Source: Nitrospirota bacterium (GTDB lineage: Bacteria; Nitrospirota; UBA9217). From it: a stretch of DNA of 64,000 bases. The DNA lies in the NCBI GenBank assembly GCA_963751455.1, contig CAVVUN010000002.1, forward strand, positions 384,001 to 448,000. The letters are read 5' to 3'. A program made the translations under genes and the position numbers. The notes under the pieces were generated by a model that worked only from the letters and a program-made list of their open reading frames with translations, was not told where the DNA came from and ran no database searches. Shown here piece by piece: positions 1 to 9,744 of the stretch (its first letter is position 1; each line of letters starts with the position of its first letter).

Positions 1-2
1 CG

Positions 3-305
3 TTGCTTATGGTGCCTGCGGGTTGTTCATCTGCGCGAACAATCGGCCTTATGTCATTTGGTGATTTAGAAGGCAAGATGATCCCTGAAAAACCCCGGGG
101 CGACATTAGAGTCGGAAAAAGTTGCGGTAGTGTTTATACACTTTCTGATGCTCTGCGGGATGCGGTCAAGGACACTTCATTTGATACAATCATCGATGCT
201 GAAGTTATTCACGAAACTGGCGTATTCGTATTTAACAATTGCATCATCATAAAAGGCCTCGCGCTTAACAGCAAGGAAATCAAAAGGGAAGGAGATTTGA
301 ATTGA
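3..305 (+). CDS. Small lipoprotein, TRL/Bor-like; probably 5'-partial
   Basis: AGC lipobox-like segment, GKSCG ... C spacing; ORF starts at the window edge. Confidence 0.55.
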   Translation: MLMVPAGCSSARTIGLMSFGDLEGKMIPEKPRGDIRVGKSCGSVYTLSDALRDAVKDTSFDTIIDAEVIHETGVFVFNNCIIIKGLALNSKEIKREGDLN

Positions 306-306
306 A

Positions 307-645
307 ATGAAAAGAAACCGCTTACTGCTCATTCTTTTTCTGTTGATTGGCGGCTGCGTGGCCCCCGCCAAGCCTCCCCTTACCTATGTATCCTTGGAGC
401 GGCCAAGGAATATAATAGTAACTGAAAAACGTGCAGATTTCAAAATCGAGAAGACCCGCTTTGGAATCTTGTATCGTGATCCAGTTCCTGTGACAACATA
501 CTTAAGCCAAGCTCAGACCAGATTGGGATCCAAAGTTATGAGAAATGTTGATGCCCAATTTCAAGTCCCTTTTTGTCTTATATTATTTTGTTTTGGGACT
601 GATAGCATCAGTCTAAGTGAAAAGGCAGTCGCATCATCGCAGTAG
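307..645 (+). CDS. Hypothetical lipoprotein
   Basis: MKRNR + hydrophobic core + IGGC lipobox; starts 1 nt after the previous stop. Confidence 0.65.
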   Translation: MKRNRLLLILFLLIGGCVAPAKPPLTYVSLERPRNIIVTEKRADFKIEKTRFGILYRDPVPVTTYLSQAQTRLGSKVMRNVDAQFQVPFCLILFCFGTDSISLSEKAVASSQ

Positions 646-1021
646 AAACCATCTTTCTTCAAATCGAGGAGATGTAAAGGGCATGTGCAGTCATGCGGTA
701 TCCGGCGGCTTCGGCGCTGCATCAATGCTGAAAGGAGCGCCTGTTGTGGAGGCATTCGGAGTCTATAGCGCTCATCGGTCCGGCGGAAGCTATTTTACAA
801 GTGTATTTCAAGGTGGTGTGAGCGGAGCAGCAGTCGCAGGGGCGTTTGGAGGAGTAAATACTTTGACGAAAGGTATGAATACTTTAATTCAGATTGGCAG
901 TAAGAGATTTGCGGCAAATCCTATTCTGGTCATTTGTGTTTTATCCATGTCAATCAGTGTCATCCGTGGCAAAAAGCTTTCATGTTAGGTATATATCTCC
1001 AAAAGGTGAACAGCGGAACCA

Positions 1022-2062
1022 ATGAGAATAAAATGGATTGATGTCGCACGGGGAATCGCAATTATCCTGGTCATAATCGGCCACAGTTGCAGACCCTCAT
1101 CAACTTTAGCAAAGGCAATATTCTCTTTTCATATGCCTTTCTTTTTTATCATTTCCGGTTATTTTTTTCGTCGTGATAATAATTTTTCGAATCTGGTATC
1201 AGGGAAGGCAAAAAGCCTCTTGTTGCCCTATTTGACCACGGCGCTGATCGTGTATGGATACTGGCTGCTTGTGGTGCGGTATCGATTGCATGATCTCACG
1301 CAGCCTTCGACAATGGCGATTACATTCCTGAAATCCTTTGTCTATGGAGCGGGAAATGTGGTAAAACAATATCCGTCGATTGTCCCGATCGGGCCAATCT
1401 GGTTTTTACTCGCTTTGTTTTCGGCAAACATACTCTTCTTCATTATCTTAAAAATTACCAGACAATCGAAAATGTATATTCAGGCAGTGTTATTCTTACT
1501 TATTTCCATCGCCGGATGCATGATTGGGAAGTATCTTTTTTTACCATGGAGCCTCGACATCGCTCTGGCTTCACAGTTTTTCATGTTCTCCGGATACGTT
1601 ATTTCGACACGGATTCAACAATTAAAAGACATATCCGCTCCGCTGATAGCGCCGATATTTCTGTTCTGGATTTACGACATTTACGCCGGGGGTATAAGTC
1701 TTAATAACAGGGAGTACAATAATATCCTGATATCATTTGCCGGCGCAATTGCAGGAAGTCTGGTTTTATTGTACGCATCGTATCAGCTCTCAAAAATCAA
1801 GTCGATGGAGAAGGCCCTTTCATTTATTGGAATGAGTACTCTTGTTATTCTTTGTTTTCATACGATGGACAACTCCTTCGCTCTGTGGGACCTCAGATGG
1901 GACATGAAATGGATCTATAGTAAATGGTATTATCTCTCGATATTCAGATTGATGTATTGCCTGGCAATCGGTCTTCTCTTGAGTACTCTGGTTCCCTGGA
2001 ATATCTATATCAATAAAAAATGGATGCTCAAAAAATCCCCTTTAAGAATCGAAAGCAACTGA
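1022..2062 (+). CDS. Acyltransferase family 3 (membrane O-acetyltransferase)
   Basis: RIKWIDVARGIAIILVIIGH, FHMPFFFIISGY and WFL motifs; multi-TM; AT-rich. Confidence 0.9.
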   Translation: MRIKWIDVARGIAIILVIIGHSCRPSSTLAKAIFSFHMPFFFIISGYFFRRDNNFSNLVSGKAKSLLLPYLTTALIVYGYWLLVVRYRLHDLTQPSTMAITFLKSFVYGAGNVVKQYPSIVPIGPIWFLLALFSANILFFIILKITRQSKMYIQAVLFLLISIAGCMIGKYLFLPWSLDIALASQFFMFSGYVISTRIQQLKDISAPLIAPIFLFWIYDIYAGGISLNNREYNNILISFAGAIAGSLVLLYASYQLSKIKSMEKALSFIGMSTLVILCFHTMDNSFALWDLRWDMKWIYSKWYYLSIFRLMYCLAIGLLLSTLVPWNIYINKKWMLKKSPLRIESN

Positions 2063-2182
2063 TATTGCTGTCTGAGTTAAACGTGAATCGTCAAGTTGAT
2101 GCAATAAATAACCCTCAAGAGGCTCACAACAAACGGGAATGAACCGGCTGGTCAACCTGGCATGTTATAAAAGCAATATCTT

Positions 2183-3103
2183 TTATCTCATGTAGGTCTT
2201 GCCGAGGAGGTAGGTAACGATCCCCATTGCGGCAAAGAGCAGAAAGAAGAAACCTGAAAAGTACTTCCGGGACTTCAGTTCCCGGAATAACTGATCGACT
2301 TTTTTCTGCAACATATCAAGCTGCGACAAGAAGCCGTCAGTCTTCTGCTTGACGAGAGAGACATCCACAGTATGGAATAGCGTCCGGAATTCAGCATGAG
2401 TCCGGAAGAGGGCCTTGGTTTCCTCCTCCGTATAGATTCCCTGGCCCGATAAATTAGCCAAGTCCTTATCGATATCGTGGATTCTCTTTTCAGTAGAGGA
2501 CAGGGCCTGCTTTATTTTTCCTGCTCGATCAAACGAGTGGCATTGGGTGCAGCGCTGCTCGTTGATAATATCAATGCTCGCCTTTTGCACCGCATGAGAT
2601 CCGTGGCAAGTAACGCAGTTTGGCCCGCTGCCGGAGCTCTTCAGCGCTTTCCCGTGCCCGCTTTCCAGGTAGTTCTTCAATATTCCTATGTGGCACTTGC
2701 CGCAGAATTCAGGTACATCCTTATGCCCGGGCTTACCCACGAACCCGCGCTCGGGAGACATGGCCAATGCAGCGTCTACAGGGTCCCCGCCGTGGCAATC
2801 GTGGCAGGCGACACCGTTCTGGTAATGCCAGCTTTGACGCCACTCTCCCGGAATCTTCCGAAGCCCGGGTTTCATCATGTCCGAATCATGGCACTGAATG
2901 CATACGGGTTCCTGGGCTGCCACTACTGACGCCGGGGCCGCGAAGGAGAGAACAAGCAGTAATGAAAAACATATGAGGTATTTTAGTGGACAATGGGGGA
3001 TGAAAATCCCCCTCGTTCCCCCTTTTTCAAAGGGGGATGAATTGACGCCCCCCTTTAGCAAAGGGGGGGTGGAGGGATTTTCGGAGGACAACATGGACCT
3101 CAT
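2183..3103 (-). CDS. Pentaheme cytochrome c with C-terminal membrane anchor
   Basis: Five CxxCH (CIQCH, CHDCH, CGKCH, CVTCH, CTQCH), signal peptide, C-terminal TM; ATG at 3103 overlaps the cytochrome b stop (ATGA). Confidence 0.9.
   Translation of the reverse strand: MRSMLSSENPSTPPLLKGGVNSSPFEKGGTRGIFIPHCPLKYLICFSLLLVLSFAAPASVVAAQEPVCIQCHDSDMMKPGLRKIPGEWRQSWHYQNGVACHDCHGGDPVDAALAMSPERGFVGKPGHKDVPEFCGKCHIGILKNYLESGHGKALKSSGSGPNCVTCHGSHAVQKASIDIINEQRCTQCHSFDRAGKIKQALSSTEKRIHDIDKDLANLSGQGIYTEEETKALFRTHAEFRTLFHTVDVSLVKQKTDGFLSQLDMLQKKVDQLFRELKSRKYFSGFFFLLFAAMGIVTYLLGKTYMR
3002..3082. repeat. 81-bp double-hairpin palindromic element inside the cytochrome c coding region
   Basis: Terminal IR GAAAATCCC/GGGATTTTC enclosing two CCCCCTTT-n-AAAGGGGG hairpins. 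Confidence 0.75.
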
Positions 3104-4194
3104 GAATATTTTCCCCATAGTATAAGAACCACCAAACATGCTAAAGCTGCCACGGAGACCGCGAGCAGCGTCTTTCTTTTTAATATGTTGTCCTCTTCTT
3201 TTACATCAAAAAACGGCCAGAACAGGAAACCAAGAACGATGACGATCTGAAGCGTGATGCCCATAATCTTGCTCGGAACGATCTTCAGCATCTGATACGG
3301 AGCCAGGAAATACCACTCAGGCTTTATGTGGGCCGGTGTTCTGAAGGGATCAGCGGGTATGGCGGCATCTTCAGGCAGAAAGAGCGCGGGAGCGAACGTG
3401 ATGATCAGGAACATGAGCGCAAAGAAGGCCATGACCATGTAGGTTTCTTGAAGCACAAAATGCGGAAAGAACGGATAACCGCCGGGATGGTCTTCATGCC
3501 TGAATGCAGTCCACGGCTGTTTTCCTCCGGCTGCTCTTCCGAAGGGTGAAGATGAAATGCCGATCCTCCTGATGAGAAAGAGGTGAATGGCCAACAACGC
3601 AAGAAGGACCGCGGGAAGGATCCCTACATGAAGGGCGAAGAACCTTCCGAGCGTCGCTCCGGTTACATTCCGGCCTCCGCGGGACATCTCGACCGCGAAG
3701 TCCCCGGCGAACGGGAGCGCTGAGGGAATGCTCGTTACGATCGTTGTGGCCCAGTAGCTCAACTGGCTCCACGGCATAAGATAGCCGCTCAGGCAAAACG
3801 CCAGGGTAATGAGCAGCATGCTTGCGCCGGAGACCCAGGTAAGCTCTCGCGGCTTCTTGTAGCTGTTCATGAAAAAAACCGACAGCATGTGCAATCCTAT
3901 TGCGGCCACAATCAGGTTGCTTCCGATTGTATGCATCAGCCTGAAAAGCCACCCGTACGGCACGTTCATCATGATTTCCCGTACGCTGTTAAAGGCATGG
4001 TCAGGATGGGGCACGTAAAAGATGAGCAGGAAAAAACCGGTAATCACCTGGACAATGAACCCGAAGAGCGCCACGAAGCCCAGGGTGTAAAAAATATTGA
4101 TGTTCCTGGGCACGAAATACGCGGTCAGCTGCGACTTGATCAGCTCATCGATGCCTATCCGTACTTCCAGCCATCTTTTCACGGAATTTGCCAT
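3100..4194 (-). CDS. petB: Cytochrome b of a Rieske/cyt b complex (b6-like domain fused to subunit IV)
   Basis: GWLFRLMH, GYLMPWSQLSYW, RFFALH and PEWY motifs; four heme-ligand His. Confidence 0.92.
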   Translation of the reverse strand: MANSVKRWLEVRIGIDELIKSQLTAYFVPRNINIFYTLGFVALFGFIVQVITGFFLLIFYVPHPDHAFNSVREIMMNVPYGWLFRLMHTIGSNLIVAAIGLHMLSVFFMNSYKKPRELTWVSGASMLLITLAFCLSGYLMPWSQLSYWATTIVTSIPSALPFAGDFAVEMSRGGRNVTGATLGRFFALHVGILPAVLLALLAIHLFLIRRIGISSSPFGRAAGGKQPWTAFRHEDHPGGYPFFPHFVLQETYMVMAFFALMFLIITFAPALFLPEDAAIPADPFRTPAHIKPEWYFLAPYQMLKIVPSKIMGITLQIVIVLGFLFWPFFDVKEEDNILKRKTLLAVSVAALACLVVLILWGKYS

Positions 4195-4197
4195 AGG

Positions 4198-4611
4198 TTA
4201 CCCGATAATGATCGACTCTCCCTCAAGCCTCAAGGGAAATTGAGGCAGCGGCTTCGGCGGAGGTCCCGATAATACGTTGCCTGCCAGATCGTAGACCCCG
4301 GCATGACAGGGACAGAGAAGCCTAGCCTTATCCTTTTGATATTCGACCAGGCACCCCAGATGCGTGCAGACCCGGGAAAGCGCGATAAAGCCCTTGTTCG
4401 GCCTGTTGATCACGAAACAGGGAGTGTTGTGAAAGAGAATCTCCTTCGCGTTTCCCGCGGGAATATCCTTCCTGCTGAGAACGAGCCGTTTTAGCTGCAT
4501 CTCTTCACGTCGAGGAGAAAGATATTTAAAAACGGGGTACAGGAATGAAGCCAGGGTCGTTAAACCCAGGACTGACAGTACCATCTTTAGAAATCGGCGT
4601 CTATTTGTCAT
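4198..4611 (-). CDS. Rieske 2Fe-2S protein
   Basis: Tat-like RRRFLK; CTHLGC and CPCH boxes; GPPPKPL. Confidence 0.93.
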   Translation of the reverse strand: MTNRRRFLKMVLSVLGLTTLASFLYPVFKYLSPRREEMQLKRLVLSRKDIPAGNAKEILFHNTPCFVINRPNKGFIALSRVCTHLGCLVEYQKDKARLLCPCHAGVYDLAGNVLSGPPPKPLPQFPLRLEGESIIIG

Positions 4612-4848
4612 AAAGTCGAGGTTGGAAATATAGTAAGCACGGTCAATAAAGAAACTTATGAGATAGCGGCTTAAAACCAAACATCATTGGCATGACAATA
4701 CGCGATAGGAGCGCGATGAATCTTAACGAAGTAAATATAACAGCGGTAATTCCGTTTGTCAACGAAGGAAGAGACTATTTAAGATGGGAGAATATGCTTG
4801 CGAATCATGAAATCAGCGGTTATACTATCCCGTGCTTTCAGCATAACT

Positions 4849-5370
4849 ATGAAGCGTTTGTTCTCCATAAATCTCTATTTGAGCCTCGTTGCCGGCATTC
4901 AGCTCTTTGCTCCCGTTTCATTCGCAGGGCCGCCCCACATACAAGAAAGAGCGCCGGAATTTCAATTGCCTGACCTGCTTGGCTCCGAACACAAACTCGC
5001 CGATTATCGGGGAAAAGTAGTGGTACTGAATTTCTGGGCCTCGTGGTGCCCTGATTGCGTCCTTGAGATTCCTTCCCTGAACAAGCTGCATGGCCTGATG
5101 AAAAACGAAGACGTCGCGATCATCGGCGTTTCCATTGATAGAAAGCGGAAGGACATCGAGAGCATGCCGAACCCGATACTTTACCCGGTCCTGATCGATG
5201 AAAGAGGAGATGTTTTCGTAAAGAAATACACCATAACCCGTCTGCCGGTTACTGTCATTATCAACCGGGAAGGTGTCATTGTAGAGAAACTGGCAGGGAG
5301 GCACGATTTCGGGTCCGCGGAGTTCGTTGCCAAAATTAAAAAACTGCTGGCAGAAAAGGCGTTGCAATGA
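4849..5370 (+). CDS. TlpA/ResA-like thiol-disulfide oxidoreductase
   Basis: GKVVVLNFWASWCPDC; signal peptide; start codon uncertain. Confidence 0.9.
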   Translation: MKRLFSINLYLSLVAGIQLFAPVSFAGPPHIQERAPEFQLPDLLGSEHKLADYRGKVVVLNFWASWCPDCVLEIPSLNKLHGLMKNEDVAIIGVSIDRKRKDIESMPNPILYPVLIDERGDVFVKKYTITRLPVTVIINREGVIVEKLAGRHDFGSAEFVAKIKKLLAEKALQ

Positions 5371-5714
5371 TGCGCGTTCAGCGGCTTTTCGCTTTGATCC
5401 TGTGTGCAATTTTTGCTGCCGGCTGCAGTCCGGCAACCTTCCTGATTTCTAAAGACGGCGAGAGTGCTTTTTTCGGCCGGGAACGTTCCTCTTTTTACCG
5501 GCTGCTGTGCACCGGGGAGGAACTGAAGACGATTCTTGCGGACGCAGATCTTTCTTCAGACGTGAAAAACGACTTATATCACTATACCTGCTCTGACCAG
5601 CGATCCTACGACAAGGTTGTTTCACTGTATGTTTTTCTGACTCCCGACGAAAAGAAAAAACTAAAAAGCGCCTTCATAAAACACGGGTACGAAGTCAATT
5701 ACCTTAATTGCTGA
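5367..5714 (+). CDS. Hypothetical lipoprotein
   Basis: AAGC lipobox; ATGA overlap with the tlpA-like gene. Confidence 0.65.
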   Translation: MMRVQRLFALILCAIFAAGCSPATFLISKDGESAFFGRERSSFYRLLCTGEELKTILADADLSSDVKNDLYHYTCSDQRSYDKVVSLYVFLTPDEKKKLKSAFIKHGYEVNYLNC

Positions 5715-5823
5715 TGATTGTATCGGTCCCCGGTCGGGGATTGGGAAAAAACGCTGAAACGGCAGAGCGCATAGGGTATAGCGTTAAGAATTTGTGTTTG
5801 GAGATTTCAACGGGGAGGAATTG

Positions 5824-6282
5824 ATGCTCGTAGCAAATCTTGATCATATCGAGCGCCGGGCGGCAATGAGCCCAGGGTTAAAAAAAGCAGTCAGTTTTTT
5901 GAAAAGCAACGGCGTCAGGAATATGGCCGACGGCAGGGTCGATATCGCGGGGGACCGGGTTTTTGCGATTGTACAGCGGTATGAGACGCTGAAACAAGAG
6001 AGCCCGAAGTTCGAATATCACGAAAAGTACATCGATCTTCAGTGCATTATATCCGGCGAGGAGGTCATCGGCTGGGCGCCGACAGCGCTGATGACTGTCA
6101 CGGAAAGCTATAACGACGAGAAGGACATCGCGTTTGGAACGATTGTGCAGGCGAATTGGACGCCTGTGAAGCTGCGGGCCGGTCAAATTGCGATGCTTTG
6201 GCCCGAGGACGCTCACGCACCGAAACTCGCGGCGGGCAACCCTGCTCCAGTAATGAAGATCGTGATAAAGATCGCGGTCTGA
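5824..6282 (+). CDS. YhcH/YjgK/YiaL (DUF386) family protein
   Basis: FEYHEKYIDLQ and PEDAHAP motifs; GGAGG RBS. Confidence 0.9.
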   Translation: MLVANLDHIERRAAMSPGLKKAVSFLKSNGVRNMADGRVDIAGDRVFAIVQRYETLKQESPKFEYHEKYIDLQCIISGEEVIGWAPTALMTVTESYNDEKDIAFGTIVQANWTPVKLRAGQIAMLWPEDAHAPKLAAGNPAPVMKIVIKIAV

Positions 6283-6413
6283 TAGTTTCATTCCGGCATT
6301 TGCAATACAAACCTATCTTTGTCTCGCGCAAAGCCGCAAAGACGCGAAGCGGTACAAGTCGAATCGGATTCCAATTCGCAATCAAAGCGGCAGGATCGAG
6401 CATCTCGTCGAAT

Positions 6414-6441
6414 AAAAAAGCCCCTTTTAAAGGGGCCTTTT
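6414..6441. terminator. Bidirectional intrinsic terminator
   Basis: AAAAAA-GCCCCTTT-T-AAAGGGGC-CTTTT between convergent genes. Confidence 0.8.
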
Positions 6442-6491
6442 ATCTGTGTACTCTGTGGTTAATGCGTTGATTTTATAAAGTCAAATTTCAG

Positions 6492-7700
6492 TCATATCTT
6501 CTCCAGCGCCTGCTTCAGGTCCGCGATCAAATCATTCACATCTTCCAAGCCGAGCGCCAGCCTTACCAGGTTGTCAGACATGCCGATCTTCTTCCGGTAG
6601 TCCTCGGGATAGTCGAAGAATGACATCATCCACATCTGCGTGACCAGGCTTTCGCTTCCGCCGAGGCTGGGCGTGATGAGAAAAAGTTCGAGGTTGTCGA
6701 TGAACTTCCGGGTCGTCGCATCGTCTCCTTTTACCAGGAAGGTCACGATGCTGCCGAAGCCCTTCATCTGCTCCTTCGCGATCTTGAAGTCCGGGTGCGA
6801 TTCCAGACCGGGATACCATACCTTTTCGATCTTGGGATGCGCCTCGAGCATTTTGGCAACGGCCATTCCGGCCTTGTTGTGGTGCTCCATCCGCAAGCCG
6901 AAGGTTTTCAGTCCCCGCTCGAGAAGAAAGCAGGTGAGCGGACCGGGCGTTGCACCGATCATGCGCTGCATGCGGTAAACATCGTTCATCAGCTGATCGC
7001 TTCCCAGAGTCACTCCCGCCAGCAGGTCGTTATGTCCGCCCAGATACTTTGTTGCCGAATGAATGACCACGTCCACGCCCATGTCAAGCGGCCGGACGTT
7101 ATAGCAGGTGGCAAGCGTGGCATCGATGATGGTCCGCACCTTATGCTGTTTCGCAACCTTCACGATGGCAGGCAAATCGAGGCAGCGAAGATAAGGGTTG
7201 GTCGGTGATTCGGTGAAGATGATGTTCGTATTCGGCCGTATCGCCTTTGCGATCGCCTCGGCAGTCGGGTCGACCAGCGAGACCTGGATGCCGAATTCGG
7301 CGAGCAGGTTCGCTGCAAAGTCGCGAGTCTGGCGATAACAGTCGCTTGTAAAGATGATGTGGCCGTCGCGCCGCATGAAGGTCATGATCGTCAGGATAAC
7401 AGCCGCCATGCCGGTGGAGAACAGGACAGCGCGCTGCGCTCCCTCCACTGCCGCGAGTTTCCGCTCGCACTCTTGCTGGGTCGGGTTGCCGTAGCGGCCG
7501 TACTCGTGCTCGCGGATGACCTTTCCCTCGCTCTTCGCTTTCATGAAGTCGTATACTTCCTGCGTATTGTTGAAATAGTAGTTCGAGGTATGGGCTATCG
7601 GCGTGGACACCGCGAAATTGGCATGCTCCACGCGGTCCAGGCCGTGTATCGCCAGGGTGGCGGGGTTCCAATTCTTCGGTTCGGACGGTTTCTTAGACAT
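6492..7700 (-). CDS. metB: Cystathionine gamma-synthase (Cys/Met PLP enzyme, plant-like)
   Basis: [28 protein letters not shown] (PLP Lys), PSLGG. Confidence 0.85.
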   Translation of the reverse strand: MSKKPSEPKNWNPATLAIHGLDRVEHANFAVSTPIAHTSNYYFNNTQEVYDFMKAKSEGKVIREHEYGRYGNPTQQECERKLAAVEGAQRAVLFSTGMAAVILTIMTFMRRDGHIIFTSDCYRQTRDFAANLLAEFGIQVSLVDPTAEAIAKAIRPNTNIIFTESPTNPYLRCLDLPAIVKVAKQHKVRTIIDATLATCYNVRPLDMGVDVVIHSATKYLGGHNDLLAGVTLGSDQLMNDVYRMQRMIGATPGPLTCFLLERGLKTFGLRMEHHNKAGMAVAKMLEAHPKIEKVWYPGLESHPDFKIAKEQMKGFGSIVTFLVKGDDATTRKFIDNLELFLITPSLGGSESLVTQMWMMSFFDYPEDYRKKIGMSDNLVRLALGLEDVNDLIADLKQALEKI

Positions 7701-9039
7701 GCAGGACGCTCCTTTTCTTTAAAGCATGGTTCAACGCTTCCTTCACGGCCTCCACAGTGGGCGGAAGCTCGATAGGTTTGTTGGCGTATTTCACGGGGAA
7801 GTCCAGCTTACCTTCATGGTACTGTACTTTGAAATCCGTAAATTTGAGCCCATGGGCCGTGGATATGACCACTACTTTCTCCGTTTTATCGATCTTGCCG
7901 GATTTGAGCAGCTTGATCAGCGCTGCCAGGGCCACGCCGGTATGCGGGCAGTTGAACATGCCTGTCATATCGCCCAGCATGGCGGCATCGGACAGTTCCT
8001 GCTCGGTAGCATCCATGACGATACCGTCGAATTTTTTGAGCGTCCGAATTGCTTTATCCACACTTACGGGATTGCCGATCTGGATGGCGCTCGCAAGCGT
8101 TTTCTGCGCCTGGATCGGCTCAAAGCTTGAGAAGTTCTTGAGGTATGAGCGGTAGAGGGGATTGGCCCGCTCTGCCTGTGCTACGACTATCCTGGGCAGC
8201 TTCGTAATAAGACCGAGCTCGCGCATCATTAAAAGTCCGCTTCCCAGGGCCGACACGTTGCCCAGGTTCCCACCCGGAATGATGATAACATCAGGCACTT
8301 CCCAGTCGAACTGCTGGACGATCTCGATGCCAACGGTTTTTTGTCCCTCTATCCGGAGCGAGTTCATGGAATTTGCAAGGTAGATGGTCTCATCTTTGGT
8401 GATCTCCTGCACCACGCGCATACACCCGTCGAAGTCCGTGTCGAGCGACAGAACGAGCGCTCCGTTTGCAATAGGCTGAACGAGTTGCGCGATTGAGATC
8501 TTGCCTTTGGGCAGGAGTACTATGGCCTGGATGCCGGCGGCGGCACAGTACGTTGCCAGCGCGGCCGAAGTGTCCCCGGTCGAAGCGCAGGCAACCGCCT
8601 TGATCGGCGCGCCTTCGCTGATCATCTGTTTCACCTGAGAAACGAGTACGGTCATGCCGAGGTCCTTGAACGACCCGCTGTGCGAATTGCCGCAGAGTTT
8701 GATCCAGAGGCTGTCGAGACCGATCAGGCGGCCGAGGCGCTCGGCCCAGAACAGGTTCGTTGCACCTTCGTACAGCGAGACTACGTTGTCATTGTGTATG
8801 TTGGGAAGGACCCATTCCTTTTTGCCCCAGATTCCGGAGCCGTAGGGCCATTCCGTGGATTTGTAGCGCTCCTCGAAAAGCTTCATCCAGGCCGTGGCGC
8901 TTCGGTGCGCGAGGACCTGCATGTCATGCCGCACCTCGAGGAGAGAGTTGCAGGTCTTGCAGCGGTAAATAACTGTATTGAGCGGATACCGTTCATTGCA
9001 CTGCTCGTTGATGCATTGAAACCAGGCTTTATAGGGCAT
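7693..9039 (-). CDS. thrC: Threonine synthase
   Basis: SGSFKD (PLP Lys), [17 protein letters not shown]; stop overlaps the metB start. Confidence 0.93.
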   Translation of the reverse strand: MPYKAWFQCINEQCNERYPLNTVIYRCKTCNSLLEVRHDMQVLAHRSATAWMKLFEERYKSTEWPYGSGIWGKKEWVLPNIHNDNVVSLYEGATNLFWAERLGRLIGLDSLWIKLCGNSHSGSFKDLGMTVLVSQVKQMISEGAPIKAVACASTGDTSAALATYCAAAGIQAIVLLPKGKISIAQLVQPIANGALVLSLDTDFDGCMRVVQEITKDETIYLANSMNSLRIEGQKTVGIEIVQQFDWEVPDVIIIPGGNLGNVSALGSGLLMMRELGLITKLPRIVVAQAERANPLYRSYLKNFSSFEPIQAQKTLASAIQIGNPVSVDKAIRTLKKFDGIVMDATEQELSDAAMLGDMTGMFNCPHTGVALAALIKLLKSGKIDKTEKVVVISTAHGLKFTDFKVQYHEGKLDFPVKYANKPIELPPTVEAVKEALNHALKKRSVLHV

Positions 9040-9287
9040 AGATACCACCTCTGCTGCTTCTTGCCGCCGGTTCGCGCCCGTCGGCTTGGAAAATTATTAC
9101 AAAATTACTTTGAGAACATCGGAAAATATAGCATACCAGAGTCTCAATAATCAATGCAAATGTTGCGAAGAGCGGTTGAAGCGAAGGCGGGCTTCTGCAG
9201 GTGCGGTTCGGGTCAAAATTGACTTTTTGCTCATGCGGAGAGATACTTAGCCAAAAAACGGTTTCTCACATCGAGGAGGGATCATCC

Positions 9288-9695
9288 ATGAAACGAAACC
9301 CGGCAACAAGGTTGTCCACACTGGCGGCAGTACTGATTTTGAATGTTTTGTTCGTATCCTGCGGGGGCGGGGGAGATAATGACAGTGCAAGCGGCGCGGT
9401 ATCCACGGTCCAGACCGTGACGTGTCCGGCGAGCGGTACAGTGGATGTATCTATCCAGGACTTCTTGTTTAGTCCCTCAACGCTGTCAACTCCGGTAAAC
9501 TCGATTTTAAAATGGACGAATAACGGCATCTCCGTCCACACTGTCACGAGTACCGCTGTACCCGCAAATGGCTCGTTTGATTCTGCCGGCATCGGCCCGG
9601 GCAATTCGATCTGTTTCAGATTTACGGCAGCCGGCATTTTCAATTACTTCTGTTCAATTCATCCCCAAATGACGGGGACTGTGACGATTGAATAG
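9288..9695 (+). CDS. Cupredoxin (plastocyanin/amicyanin-like) lipoprotein
   Basis: VSC lipobox; type 1 Cu ligands HTV ... YFCSIHPQM. Confidence 0.85.
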   Translation: MKRNPATRLSTLAAVLILNVLFVSCGGGGDNDSASGAVSTVQTVTCPASGTVDVSIQDFLFSPSTLSTPVNSILKWTNNGISVHTVTSTAVPANGSFDSAGIGPGNSICFRFTAAGIFNYFCSIHPQMTGTVTIE

Positions 9696-9744
9696 GATGC
9701 TTAAAGGCCAGAGGCGCATAGAGCATAGCGCAAAGGGCAGGCCA

